A stretch of 64,000 nt of DNA from Dendrobates tinctorius. Lineage: Eukaryota. The translations under genes and the position numbers were made by a program. Location of the stretch: assembly GCF_039654945.1 (NCBI RefSeq), contig NW_027361921.1, forward strand, positions 3,844,001 through 3,908,000, given 5' to 3'. The notes under the pieces were generated by a model. The model saw only the letters and a program-made list of their open reading frames with translations, ran no database searches and was not told the origin of the DNA. Below, one piece after another: positions 47,825 to 64,000 of this stretch (its first letter is position 1; every line of letters starts with the position of its first letter).

Positions 47825-49582
47825 CTACTTTTGTTTCATCTGACCAAAGAACATTCTTCCAAAACGTTTTATGCTTTTTCAGGTAAGTTTTGGCAAACTC
47901 CAGCTTGGCTTTTTTATGTCTCGGGGTAAGAAGTGGGGTCTTCCTGGGTCTCCTACCATACAGTCCCTTTTCATTCAGACACCGACGGATAGTACGGGTT
48001 GACACTGTTGTACCCTCGGACTGCAGGGCAGCTTGAACTTGTTTGGATGTTAGTTGAGGTTCTTTATCCAACATCCACACAATCTTGCGCTTAAATCTCT
48101 TGTCAATTTTTCTTTTCCGTCCACATCTAGGGAGGTTAGCCACAGTGCCATGGGCTTTAAACTTCTTGATGACACTCCACACGGTAGACACAGGAACATT
48201 CAAGTCTTTGGAGATGGACTTGTAGCCTTGAGATTGCTCATGCTTCCTCACAATTTGGTTTCTCAAGTCCTCAGACAGTTCTTTGGTCTTCTTTCTTTTC
48301 TCCATGCTCAATGTTGTACACACAAGGACACAGGACAGAGGTCGAGTCAACTTTAATCCATGTCAACTGGCTGCAAGTGTGATTTAGTTATTGCCAACAC
48401 CTGTTAGGTGCCACAGGTAAGTTACAGGTGCTGTTAATTACACAAATTAGAGAAGCATCACATGATTTTTCGAACAGTGCCAATACTTTTGTCCACCCTC
48501 TTTTTTATGTTTGGTGGGGAATTATATCCAATTTGGCTTTAGGACAATTCTTTTTGTGTTTTTTCATTTAGGACAAATTAAATGAAGATAATAATACCAA
48601 AGAATTTGTGTTTGCAATCATTTTCAGGAAGAAACTGAGTATTATCTGACAGAATTGCAGGGGTGTCAATACTTTTGGCCACAACTGTATATATAAACGA
48701 GCAAGGTGATAGTCCCAGGTATAATAGCCCATAGATTGGAAGGTGATAACCTATAAATAAGGTTAGGATAAGGCAGCTAGCAAAGCATTAAAGTGGAAAC
48801 ACCTATAGGGCCTGTAAGATGTCAGCGTATATCACTCATGGAAAGCAGTTAGGTTAAGCCAGAAGGTCAGGAGTGTCCATAATATGAGGAGAGCAGTCTC
48901 AGGACCAGGGGGCAGTGGGAGAGACCCCACGTGTATCGCTGCAAAGGCAGCTTTGTCAGGGGAATCCCTGCGGACAATTGGCACTGGCTGTGCTCTCCTC
49001 TCCTGCGGACAAATCAGACATCCAGAGGAAGAGAGAGCTGTGGCTGCCCTTTCACTTCCTCTGGATGTCAATTATGTCCACAGGAGAGGAGAATAAAGTT
49101 AGAGATGATCGGCCAGAGGGATTATATGACATAACAATGTCACGCGATCCTAGGGAGAGCCAATGCCAACAACACTGGTTTTGTGCCTGCACCGATGGTG
49201 ACTATAAGGCAGAAGTCACACTACCTTGGAAAACGGATGATTGCTATGCAAAAAATAAAAATCGCATAGCACTCGGACCAATGTTAAGCTATGGGGCAGC
49301 TCACATCATTCGTTATCTTCTCGCCCGTTTTATATGTTCTGGTAAAATCGCAGCATGCTGCGATTTGCACCGTATCTCGGCCGAGACTTGCCAATGTAAG
49401 TCTATGGGTGCGAGAAAAAAACAGATTACACACGGACCATGCGTGTGACTTGTGAGAAATATGCAAGCATTGGTCAGGTGACAGGAAATTGCCTCTGCCA
49501 ATATTCAGGAAATTTTGAAATGCTAATTAGCCTAGGAAGTTTTAGAACAAGCCACCATCACGCCTCCACGGAGTACAGCAAG

Positions 49583-52624
<3,042 letters not shown>

Positions 52625-52934
52625 AATAAAAAAATACAAATTAAAGTTTTTTTTATTCTGTTGTTGTTTTTTTATTTGTAATTTTTTATGTTTATTATTA
52701 TTTTTTTATATGTTAAACTTGTTTGAGGGCTGCTAATTGGGGCCATAATTGCCATATGATGTGAATATGGTTGTTTCGCTGAAATAACATTATGTAAGTA
52801 AACTGAGTTAATACAATGTGTGTGTTTTTTTCCACTAGATAGATGAAGTTTTGATGTTACTTTTTTAACATATTTATTCAAACACATCAGAAATGTAAAA
52901 AGTGAACATCATTTTACTTAACACACATAAAAAA

Positions 52935-53406
52935 TTATAACATAGACACTGCATTCTCTTGCCACGGAGTATATCCGTACGGCGAAACAAAATAATTTGT
53001 AAAAACATCCCAAACTGTAAGTCCCGAGGGCGGACAACATGGATTATGTCCATGTGTAGTAGCCATGACATTATTTCCATCTGCCACATCATAAACATCA
53101 TTTGCAATACAGTCATGATTTCTGCTAAAGTTGTGAAGTACCACACCTACTTCTATAACCTCATTTACATTTCCTTCACCTAGTTGAATAGCAGACTGTA
53201 GAACACACTATTTGGCACAGAGAATGCCAAAGGCACACTCCACCAGGCGTCATGCACGGGATAGGCGGAAATTAAATATTCTGCGCCGGTGGTCCAGGAT
53301 TCTATGTGGATAGGGCCTCATGAGGTTCCTGGTTAATTGGAAATCCTCATTACCAACCATGACTTAAGGCACCGCTATCAGATTAGACCCTGGTAGCTAA
53401 CATGGG
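52935..53406 (-). pseudogene. PIF/Harbinger transposase C-terminal remnant, convergent with the MADF gene
   Basis: VGNEDFQLTRNLMRPYP..RIFNFRLSRA*RLVECAFGIL..VLHNF, the DDE_Tnp_4/HARBI1-type C-terminus. Confidence 0.82.
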
Positions 53407-54301
53407 TGTGGCACCCCAGGAGTCTGGTTGCCACAGTGGCATTGCCTCCCTCACAGGGAATAATGTCATGCCTGGAAGCAAGGAGGGGTCCCCTTACCAG
53501 GTGTCACTAGGATAGAAATCGACTAGAACCTGGGGAGTGGAGCTGTGAGTAAACTCGCCCCAGAGCTGAGCGATAGGAACCAGATACTGGAGTACTGAAA
53601 TCCCGGCAGCTAAATACAGAGGGAAGGGGACTGCAGGTCTCCTGGCCCTAACTAATACCCGGCGGCACAGCAGAATATCGGAGCCTGGAGCCGACACAAA
53701 GGAGTAGTACCTATGATAGGCTCGAGCTGCCTGCCATTCGGTCAACGGTTTGTTTTTAAAACAGATAGAGACAGTTATCAGCAGGAGGATGAGCTGTTAG
53801 GCAGCAAGGAAAAAGGGAGGACATTGCAGAAGGAAGTCCTCCATACCTACCTAGCCAGGTGTATCCAAAAATTGCTTCCAGGCTGCCCAGCTCTCCACTA
53901 CAATCTGTTACCAGTACCCTGGTCTGTACTATCAGCCATCAAGTAAAGGAAAATAAAAATACAGCCCTTGTGTCATTCAGTGATTGCTTGCACCCTGAGT
54001 CGTGCACCACAAGGTACATGAAGCCTGACATAAATGGAACGGGTAGCCCAGGGGCCCCGCTCCACCTGTGGGGAGCTGAACCATCCCAGCTGCGTCACCA
54101 TCAGCCCCAGTGGTCTCCTTTAGCAGCATCGGCCATCCATTGCAGAACACCACAGGTGATGTCATGTTAAATTCCATATACATGTTCCCCATTTTATGGC
54201 ACAGCCAGGGCCATGGAGATGGGTCATGGCCCCTTGACTCCCCCAAAGAACCATTCGACCCGTTTCTGAGTACCCCACGGCCCTGGTGGGCATGTCATTT
54301 T

Positions 54302-54320
54302 TGGCATCACAAACAGGATT
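54302..54320 (+). promoter_or_regulatory. Primer-binding site, tRNA-Ser(CGA)-like
   Basis: TGGCATCACAAACAGGATT versus TGGCGTCACGAACAGGATT (two CpG-type transitions), just after the LTR; tRNA assignment from memory. Confidence 0.65.
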
Positions 54321-56286
54321 TCATAGCCCGCTATTACCAGGTACTGTGTGCCATAGACTTTATTGAACTGTGTAATAGCTGTGATTACTGCACCACACAG
54401 CATGCAGAAAGCAGAGGCCCTGACTTTGAAACCCCTGGGAACTCAATCCATCCCGCCTGTGGAGCAGCAGCTTACTATAGTAATGATACCCAGAGCCTGG
54501 CTGAGGTTCACTAGGAGGGAAGGAGATGCCTAGTCTAGGAGAGGATCCAGCTGCAGGCACGGCCACAGCCACGTAATGCCTTTATCCATGCCATATATCT
54601 CAGAGGTGGCCTGGCTACCTCTGTACTCAGGTGAGTCGCACACCCTGAGCGACTTTAAGGAGAGACTGCATAGTTTATTCAAAGTGTATCCCCCGTCAGA
54701 GAGCCAAAAAGTCAGCATCATTATTGGCCAGCTAACCGATGCGGCCCAGAGGGAGGTGAAGTCCTGTCCGGACAGTGACTAAAGAAATGTTAGGCAAATC
54801 CTGGCCCAGCTGAAGGATACTTTTGACACCTGCACAGCAGGGGAGATTAAAATGAAATTCTATGGGTGCAAACAAAGGGCGCAGGACAGTGTATGGGACT
54901 ATGCCCTAAAGAGGCGCTGCAGGCCATTAAACAAGTAGACCCCGACAGTGTGCGAGATGAGGACAAATTGCTAACCGAGCAGTTTACTGAGAAGCTCCTG
55001 TCTACCGCTCACCAGACACAGCTGCACATTATGACCCTGCAAAACCCTGACCTGGATTTCGTACAATTTAAAGACCGGGCCATCCGGGTGCTGCGAGAAC
55101 CAACCCCAAGTGGCACTGCACCCCTCCAGCGCCCAGCCATCACATACCACCAGGAGGTGGTGTCCTTTTCCCTGGCACCCCTGAACACCAATGTGCAGAC
55201 CCTAGATAATGACTCCTCTGCAGGCCTATGTCTCCAGGTACAGGAGTTGACCCAAAGTGTGGCTGCACTAACTAAAACTGTGCAGTTAATGCAAGTGTCC
55301 CCAAAGGAGAAGATTTAGCGGAGAGGGCAGAAGAGAATCCCACCGACCAGAGGGAGAGAACAATCGCTACGAACAGGACAGACAACCCATCTTTTGCCGC
55401 TGCAGCAAGGAGGGGCACATCACAAGATTCTGTAATTTAAACAAGCAACCCCTGGGGCAGAGGGACAACCCCCAGGAGTAAGATAACTGGGCCCACAAAG
55501 TTGGCGAGACAAGTACGTGTTCATACCTCAGACGAGTTCATACCTCAGGTGGGGTATAAGGAGGTGACCATTAGGGTTGACTGAGTAGAATTGCAGTCGC
55601 AAGGTATGATTATAGATAATATTGACAGACAAGAATGCCATCCTATGATTACTCTAGGCACCAATGTAATAAGAATTGTCTTGGAGAAATTATTGTTTTG
55701 TTGCAACAGGTAGCCGAGACTGCCAGTTTCGGTCTGCAGCATGTCCTGCAAAAGGAAATCAGGGCACTGATACAGAGAAAAGAGGTAGAGCTATTTGGTG
55801 GAGAAGTCAGCAGTGTCAAAGTGAGTGATCCATTCCCCACTGCAATATCCCCTAGGAGTGAAATGTTGATTTGCTGTCATGCAGCGATAGGCCTCAAGGG
55901 TCAAGATTTCCAGGCTCTGGTAGAACCCGTGTACTCTGATAGTAGACCCACCATCCTGACAGCCAGAGGGGTAGTCAATGTCCTCAAAGGGAGGGTACCG
56001 ATATGCATCCTGAATTGTGGGGAGAAAGAGGTCCATTTACCCTGGTATGCCACCCTTGCTAAGCTGTTCACTGTCAGTAATAATGAAATAAAGGTCGTGG
56101 GGTTTACCAGGTGGTTTGAGAATAAGGTAAAAGGGGTCCAACACCATATCTCCACCGGAGATCATCTGCCCATTAAAGAAAGGAACCAGCCTGTACCCCC
56201 AGCTCACTATCAATGTGCCAAGAGTATGTTACGGGAGATGAAGGAAGCTGGGGTAATCAGAGATAATTGTAGCCCCTGGGCAGCTC

Positions 56287-57131
56287 TGCTATGAATGGGT
56301 CACCAAGGAGGAAAGCGCAAAAGGCTATGCCATCAGAACACCAGAGAGGTTGGTTACTCAGCAGATTGCAGACCCCTGATCTTAACAACACAACTAGCAG
56401 TAGCCGTGGAGCGTTCTTACAATGCCCTAGATGCTTCATCACAGCTGGAGGACTAACTAAGCCTAAAGACAGAAAGGTGAAATCTAAACTGCCCTGGGCA
56501 GATCCCCAAAGGAATAGACAGCCCCCAAACATATATTGTTAGTGAAACAAGATGAAACACAGACACAGACAGAAAATAGACTGAGCAAATGATGGGGCCC
56601 ACACTGACTAGATAGGACAGGACAGAAAAGGCACTGTCTGCAATCACGCAAAAACCATAAAAATTCCAACACGACTGAAGCACAAAAATACTGAGGTTAG
56701 AACAACCTCGCCCCACTATATCAGCACTCAGGTGTGAACTGGTGGCTAGCAACAGGCTAATACAGCAGGGGACGGAGCAAACAAACACAAGATACCAAAA
56801 AAAATACAGGGCAGGAGCCAGCAGCCCCAGGGGGAGCCAGCTGACTCCGGACAGCAAGGCAAAATCAGATGCAAAGGATTTAGCAAATGACATTTAGCTG
56901 GAAAATGCAGGATCAGGCAGGAGACAGATATCCTCACTATGCACAGACAGGAGTATCACTGGCAGCCACTGACAGAAGCTTGCTCGCTTATGTACTCCTA
57001 GTCACTACCCCCCACATCTCTAATCATCCTCTGAAGCTGTTGGATTAACCTCATGTTGACCAGCTCCACTACCAGCAGTATCCACCAGAGGGAGCCCTGC
57101 CTCAAAAGTCAGATTAAGAGAGTTCACAACA
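56287..57131 (-). mobile_element. Solo LTR related to the chromovirus LTR, inserted in the Gypsy RT
   Basis: Reverse complement starts TGTTGTGAA; shares CCACGGCTACTGCTAGTTGTGTTG..CAGGGGTCTGCAATCTG with 58355-58402; 6-bp TSD CAGCTC (56281-56286 / 57132-57137). Confidence 0.85.
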
Positions 57132-57688
57132 CAGCTCTGTTAGTTCTCGTTAGAAAGAAAGATGGTACAATGAGGATGTGTGTTGACTGCAGGCAGATTA
57201 ACCGCATTACATATAAAGATGCCTACCCGTTACCACAAATTGAGGAATCATTAGCTGCACTGAGATGTGCTAACTATTTCTCCACTTTAGATCTCACCAG
57301 TGGGTATTGGCAGGTTCCCGTGGCAGAAGCAGACAGAGAGAAGACAGCGTTTTTGACACCAATGGGCCTCTGAAAGTTCAACTGCATGCCATTCAGGCTC
57401 TGCAATGTACCGAGAATGTTCCAGCGGTTAATGGAATGCTGCCTAGGACGTAAAAACTTCAAAACCGTTTTGTTGTATCGGGACGATGTCATCGTCTACT
57501 CAAAGACATACGAAAATCACCTGGCCGAGGTGTTCAAGGCCTTATCCGGTTTTGGCCTGAAAGTAAAGTTGTCCAAGTGCCACCTGTTGAAGCCCAAGGT
57601 GCAGTACCTATGGCACGCGGTAAGCGCCAAAGGTGTGGCACCAGACCCTGAAAAAGTCACTGTAATCAAGGACTGCCGAAGACCCTCC

Positions 57689-60600
57689 TGTTGTGAGTTC
57701 ATTTTCCCCTCCGTCACTGAGGCCTGGTGAACTCCCTATTCTAGTGAAGGAAGGTAGTGAGCCTGATTATCAGGCACCTGGGACTAATGAAGACGATTGG
57801 CTGAGTGGGGTCACTGACTGGATTTAAGGCAGCCTACGCCCTTTCTGCCCTGCGGGTGATTTCTCTGTGGACTCTGGGACACCAGTCTGATTCCTGCTCT
57901 CCTAAAGCTAAGTTTTCTGTTTTTCCTTTTTGCATCTAAGATTTGTTTTTGTTTTTCTTGCTTTTTGGATTCTGCCACTCCCTGCTGGAGTGTGCAGTGG
58001 TCCTTGAGCTCTGTCTTCTGAAAGTACCTGAGTGCTGATTTAGTTTTGAAGCTTAGTTGCTTCAGGGCCATTTTTATATCAGCTTGTTGGCTTTTGTCTC
58101 TGATAGGGTTTTGGCAGATTGCAGACAGCAGCCTTCCTATCCTTTCCTATCTAGGTAGTTTTTGGGCCCCGTCTTTGCTCAGCCTGTCTTTCTGTCTGTG
58201 TAAGTGTTTTCATCTTGCTTCACCGTCATTATATGTGGGGGGCTACCTATTGCTTTGGGGTCTGCTCTGGGGCAGTTAGATTTCCCCTTTCCTTCTTTAG
58301 GCCTATGTATCTCTCCGGCTGTGATCGAGGGGTCTAGGTCATCGTAGGAACCCCCCACGGCTACTGCTAGTTGTGTTGATAGGTTCAGGGGTCTGCAATC
58401 TGATAGTTGCCAACTTCTCTGGTTTTCAGGACTTAGCTAGCATTTCTGTTTTTGCCTCCTACGGTTACTCAATCATAACAGAATCACCCGCCCTACCGCA
58501 GATCCTGGGGTACTCAATAGCAGGAAAGAATTGTGTTTAAAAAAAAAAAAAAGGTGTGTGTATATTCTTTCCTCTAAATCTCTGAGGCAGTAGGGGGAAT
58601 TTTTTTTTTTCTCTCAATGGAGATAAAGCAAGTGTATGATCGTGTGGAGCAGCTCGCTGCGGAAGTGCGAGGAATTTCCGCCTATCTTGCTCGTTCACAT
58701 GCTGTTGAACCAAAGATCCCCACACCTGATGTATTTTTTGGGGATCGATCTAAATTTTTGAGTTTCAAAAATAATTGTAAATTATTTTTTGCTTTGAAGC
58801 CTAACTCGTCAGGGAGCCCCGCGCAGCAGGTTAAAATTGTCATCTCTTTGCTGCGCGGCGATCCCCAGGATTGGGCGTTTTCTTTGAATCCAGATGACCC
58901 TATTCTGACTAATGTGAACGCATTTTTTCAAGCCTTGGGGTTGCTGTACGACGAACCTAATGCTATTGATCAGGCTGAAAAGACCCTGTTAGCATTGAAC
59001 CAGGGTCAAGAATCTGCAGAGTTGTACTGTCAAAAGTTCCGAAAGTGGGCGGTCCTTACTACCTGGAATGATAGTGCCTTGGCTGCTCTCTTTCGGAAGG
59101 GTTTGTCAGAAGCCGTAAAAGATACTATGGTGGGATTTCCTGTTCCCTCTGGTCTGGACGATTCTATGTCTTTAGCCATTCAGGTTGATCGGCGTTTACG
59201 TGAACGCAGGATTACACGAGAGGTGTTGCCACCGGTTGAACAGACGTCTGAACCTATGCAATGTGATGGTTTTGTCTAAGGCGCAACGTCAGGAATTCAG
59301 AAGGCGTAATAAGCTGTGTTTTTTCTGTGGAGATGCCTCACATGTTATTTCTGTTTGTCCTAAACGTGAGAAACGCTTTGCACACACGTTTTCTGTTGGT
59401 GGGGTTCAGCCTAAGTTTCTTTTGGCGATTACTCTGATCTGTTCCCTGTCCACGTTTTCCGCCAAGGCTTTTGTGGATTCGGGAGCAGCGCTAAACCTAA
59501 TGGACTTGGATTTTGCTAAACATTGTGGATTTCCGTTGACACCTCTGCAGACGCCTATCCCTTTGAGGGGGATTGATGCTACCCCTCTGGCTAAAAATAA
59601 ACCTCAGTTTTGGACCCAGTTGGTCATGCGGGTCGCCCCAGACCACCAAGAAAATTGCAGATTTTTGGTGTTGCATGGTCTGCATGATGCCGTTGTTCTG
59701 GGGGTTCCCTGGTTGCAGATTCATAATCCAGTTTTGGATTGGAAGTCTGTGTCTGTGGTGAGTTGGGGTTGCCGGTGTACCTTTAGTGAGGCTCCGGTTT
59801 TTTCCACCTCTCCTCAGTCGCATGAGGTTCCTGACTATTTAGCGGACTACTATGATGTATTTAGTGAGAATGAGTCTGCGTCCTTGCCTCCTCATAGGAG
59901 TTATGACTGTGCAATTGAACTAAACCCGGGGTGTAAATTTCCTAAGGGTCAGCTCTTCAATTTATCTGTGCCCGAGCACGAGGCTATGCGGTCCTATATT
60001 AAGGAGGCGTTGGAGAAGGGTCATATTAGACCATCCTCTTCACCCTTAGGTGCCGGGTTTTTTTTTGTGGCCAAGAATGATGGTTCTTTAAGGTCTTGTA
60101 TTGATTATCGTGCCCTCAATAAAATTACTATTAAATATCAGTATCCGTTACCCCTGATTTCGGATCTATTCTCTAGAGTCAGAGGTGCTTGCTGGTTTAC
60201 CAAGCTTGACCTCAGGGGGCGTATAATCTTATCCGCATTAAGCAGGGGGATGAATGGAAGATGGCGTTTAATACTCCGGAGGGACATTTTGAGTACCTGG
60301 TGATGCCTTTTGGGCTCACTAATGCCCCTTCTGTCTTCCAGTGCTTCATGAACGATATTTTCCGAGACTTTGTCGATAAATTTTTGATTATCTATCTGGA
60401 TGATGATATTTTGATCTTCTCCAAGGATTGGGATTCTCATGTGGAACATATTCGGACTGTGTTCCGGATCTTGAGAGAGAATTCTCTGTATGTCAAAGGA
60501 TCACAATGCCTTTTTGGAGTACAGAGAATTTCTTTTTTGGGATTTATTTTGTCTCCGTCTACTATTGAAATGGACCCAGCCAAGGTACAGGCCATTTATG

Positions 60601-63462
60601 ATTGGGTTCAGCCCACTTCTTTGAAGGCCCTCCAGAAGTTTTTGGGTTTTGCTAATTTTTATCGGAAATTTATAGCAAAATTTTCTAGTATTGCCAAACC
60701 ATTGACTGACCTGACCAGGAAGGGTGCGGATGTGTTGAATTGGTCTTCGGAGGCGGTTGCTTCCTTTCAGGAGCTGAAGCGTAGATTTACCTCTGCCCCG
60801 GTTCTGCGGCAACCTGATGTCTCACTCCCGTTCCAGGTAGAGGTGGATGCTTCTGAGATTGGTGCAGGAGCGGTGTTGTCCCAAAAGGATCCGGTAACAT
60901 CTAAAATGAATCCCTGTGCTTTCTTTTCCCGTAAGATCTCTTCATCTGAACGTAACTATGATGTGGGGAATCGGGAACTGTTGGCCATGAAATGGGCATT
61001 TGAGGAGTGGAGACATTGGTTGGAGGGAGCCAAACATCAATTTGTGGTCCTCACTGACCACAAAAATTTGATTTACCTAGAGTCGGCTAAACACTTGAAC
61101 CCTAGACAGGCTAGGTGGGCCTTGTTTTTTACACGTTTTGATTTTGTGGTCTCTTTCCTTCCTGGAACTAAGAATGTCAAGGCAGACGCCCTCTCTAGGA
61201 GTTTCTTTGCTGATTCTCCTGTGGGGACCAAGCCTGCCACCATCTTAGGCGAAGGGGTAGTTCTTTCTGCCATCTCGCCCGATTTGAGACTTGCTCTGCA
61301 AGAGTTCCAGGAGGACAAACCTGAGCGTTGCCCCAGTGGAAAGTTGTATGTTCCTGACCAGTGGAAGAAGAGAGTGATGTCTGAAGTTCATTGCTCTGCA
61401 TTGGCTGGTCATCCAGGTATTTTTGGTACTAGAGATCTGGTGAGTCGCTCTTTTTGGTGGCCCACCTTGTCTCATGATGTCAGGAATTTTGTGCAGTCCT
61501 GTGGGACTTGCTCCCGGTCTAAATCTTGTTCTCGCTCTAGTGGGTTGTTGATGCCTTTGCCGGTCCCCAGGAGGCCATGGACCCATATTTCAATGGATTT
61601 CATCTCTGATATGCCGGTCTCTCAAAGAATGACTGTTATTTGGGTGATTTGTGATAGGTTCTCTAAGATGGTTCATCTTATACCACTCCCTAAGTTGCCA
61701 TCTTCCTCTGAGTTGGTGCCTCTGTTTTTGCAACAGGTGGTTCGCTTGCACGGGATTCCTGAGAACATTGTATCTGACAGAGGAGTTCAATTTGTGTCTA
61801 AATTTTGGAGGACGTTCTGTTCCAAGTTGGGAATTCAGTTGTCCTTCTCCTCTGCTTTTCACCCTCAGACCAATGGGCAGACAGAGAGAACAAACCAGAC
61901 CTTGGAGTTGTATTTGAGATGTTTTATTTCCGCTGATCAGGATGATTGGGTTTCATTTTTGCCCTTGGCCGAATTTGCTTTAAATAATAGAGCTAGTTCT
62001 GCCACTTTGATGTCACCTTTTTTTTGTAACTTTGGTTTTCACCCTCGATTTTCTTCAGGGCAGGTGGAACCTTCTGCCTGCCCAGGTGTTGACACTGTGG
62101 TGGAGAGAATGCACCAGATCTGGGACCAAGTGGTGGATAAGTTATCTCTCTCCCAGGAAAAGGCCCAGCGGTTTTCCAATCGACATAGGACCATTGGTCC
62201 CCAGTTTAAGATTGGTGATATGGTGTGGTTATCATCAAAAAATATTGCTATGAAGGTGGCTTCTCCTAAGTTTAAGCCTAGATTTATTGGACCTTACAAG
62301 ATTTTGGAGATTATTAATCTGGTCTCTTTTCGTTTGGCTCTTCCTGTCACATTTAAGATCCATAATGTGTTCCATAAGTCCTTGTTGAAGAGGTTTGTTG
62401 AGCCAGTTGTGCCTGAGGTGGCACCTCCGGACCCTGTATTGGTTGAAGGTAACTTGGAATATGAGGTAGAGAAAATTCTGGATTCCCGTCTGGCTAGACG
62501 GAGACTCCAGTATTTGGTTAAGTGGAAGGGTTATGGTCAGGAGGATAATTCCTGGGTCTCTGCCTCTGATATTCATGCCAAAAGATTGGTGCGTGCCTTT
62601 CATCGGGCTCACCCTGATTGCCCTGGTAGCGTTGTTGAGGGTTCGGTGACCCCTCCTCAAGGGGGGGTACTGTTGTGAGTTCATTTTCCCCTCCGTCACT
62701 GAGGCCTGGTGAACTCCCTATTCTAGTGAAGGAAGGTAGTGAGCCTGATTATCAGGCACCTGGGACTAATGAAGACGATTGGCTGAGTGGAGTCACTGAC
62801 TGGATTTAAGGCAGCCTACGCCCTTTCTGCCCTGCGGGTGATTTCTCTGTGGACTCTGGGACACCAGTCTGATTCCTGCTCTCCTAAAGCTAAGTTTTCT
62901 GTTTTTCCTTTTTGCATCTAAGATTTGTTTTTGTTTTTCTTGCTTTTTGGATTCTGCCACTCCCTGCTGGAATGTGCAGTGTTCCTTGAGCTCTGTCTTC
63001 TGAAAGTACCTGAGTGCTGATTTAGTTTTAAAGCTTAGTTGCTTCAGGGCCATTTTTATATCAGCTTATTGGCTTTTGTCTCTGATAGGGTTTTGGCAGA
63101 TTGCAGACAGCAGCCTTCCTATCCGTTCCTATCTAGGTAGTTTTTGGGCCCCGTCTTTGCTCAGCCTGTCTTTCTGTCTGTGTAAGTGTTTTCATCTTGC
63201 TTCACCGTCATTATATGTGGGGGGCTGCCTTTTGCTTTGGGGTCTGCTCTGGGGCAGTTAGATTTCCCCTTTCCTTCTTTAGGCCTATGTATCTCTCCGG
63301 CTGTGATCGAGGGGTCTAGGTCATCGTAGGAACCCCCCATGGCTACTGCTAGTTGTGTTGATAGGTTCAGGGGTCTGCAATCTGATAGTTGCCAACTTCT
63401 CTGGTTTTCAGGACTTAGCTAGCATTTCTGTTTTTGCCTCCTACGGTTACTCAATCATAACA
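57689..63462 (+). mobile_element. Full-length chromodomain-bearing Ty3/Gypsy (Sushi/Tf1-type); LTRs 57689-58480 and 62671-63462 (792 bp each)
   Basis: TG...CA LTRs with about 9 differences counted by eye; PPT AAGGGGGGG before 62671; TSD CCCTCC (57683-57688 / 63463-63468). Confidence 0.96.
58617..62678 (+). pseudogene. gag-pol of the chromovirus (gag, CCHC, protease, RT, RNase H, integrase, chromodomain), two frame changes
   Basis: [95 protein letters not shown]; frame breaks near 59270 and 60215. Confidence 0.93.
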
Positions 63463-64000
63463 CCCTCCACTATCAAGGAAGTGCGGCCGTTCCTCAGGCT
63501 GGTAGGCTACTACAGAAGGTTCATAAAAGGCTTCACCAAGATAGCGGCACACGTGCAGGACCTCTTATTAGGCTTGTCCAAAAAGGCCAAGAATCCGAGT
63601 CCTCCGTTCGATTGGAATAAAAGAGAAGAAGAATCCTTCACTCGGTTGAAGATGTCTCTTACGGGAGACGAAGTCCTGGCCTACCTCGACTATGGCCAAC
63701 CCTTCATACTCTATACGGATGCCAGCAACCTGGGATTGTGAGCAGTGCTGTCCCAGGTATAGCAAGGCAGAGAGAGAGTGATTGCCTATGCCAACAGGAA
63801 GCTTCGTCCCACGAAAAGGAACACCTACAACCATAGTTCCTTTAAACTGGAGTTTCTTGCCATAGTCTGTTAACAGAGCACTTCAAGCACTACTTGGCTT
63901 CAGCGAAGTTCACCATTTATATGGATAATAATCCGCTGACCCACCTTGAAATGGCAAAGCTAGGTGCATTGAGGCAGTGATGGATGGCTCAGCTCTCCAA

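Larger units (their letters stand above)
53407..64000 (+). mobile_element. Degenerate Ty3/Gypsy element (LTR ~53407-54297, PNMA-like gag, PR-RT-RNase H); runs off the window
   Basis: TGTGGCACCCC..CATGTCA LTR; gag MPYI...WLPLYSGE; RT SPWAA|LVLVRKKDGTMRMCVDCR..DAYPLP..DLTSGYWQ..YRDDV; RNase H FILYTDAS at ~63700. Confidence 0.88.

Noticed and set aside
58617-62678. Domesticated PEG10/RTL1-like gene
   Set aside because: Bounded by two near-identical LTRs, a PPT and a TSD; it is a retrotransposon.
53407-64000. Gmr1-type (integrase before RT) architecture
   Set aside because: The visible order is gag, PR, RT, RNase H with no integrase before RT.

Overview
Vertebrate genomic DNA, very probably from a frog (inferred from the myostatin sequence and the repeat types). 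The only host gene segment is myostatin exon 2 (209-573, minus strand). No exon 1 ORF appears, so the remaining ~63 kb is most simply a hugely expanded intron 1 built from nested transposons. These comprise piggyBac-type (TTAA) non-autonomous elements carrying telomere-like arrays, two Penelope-like retroelements, three Tc1 elements, an 11-kb hAT with satellite cargo, a Harbinger remnant (MADF plus transposase), MITEs, a Copia remnant, and a Gypsy element that itself contains a young chromodomain-bearing Gypsy. The standout is at 28868-30698: about 2.9 tandem 353-bp units, each with a type-I hammerhead ribozyme and candidate snRNA-type promoter motifs. The array sits between 5-bp duplications inside another transposon and looks like a retrozyme or newt satellite-2-like system predicted to yield a 353-nt monomer, possibly circular. 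All calls were made by eye, with no database searches or folding computations.
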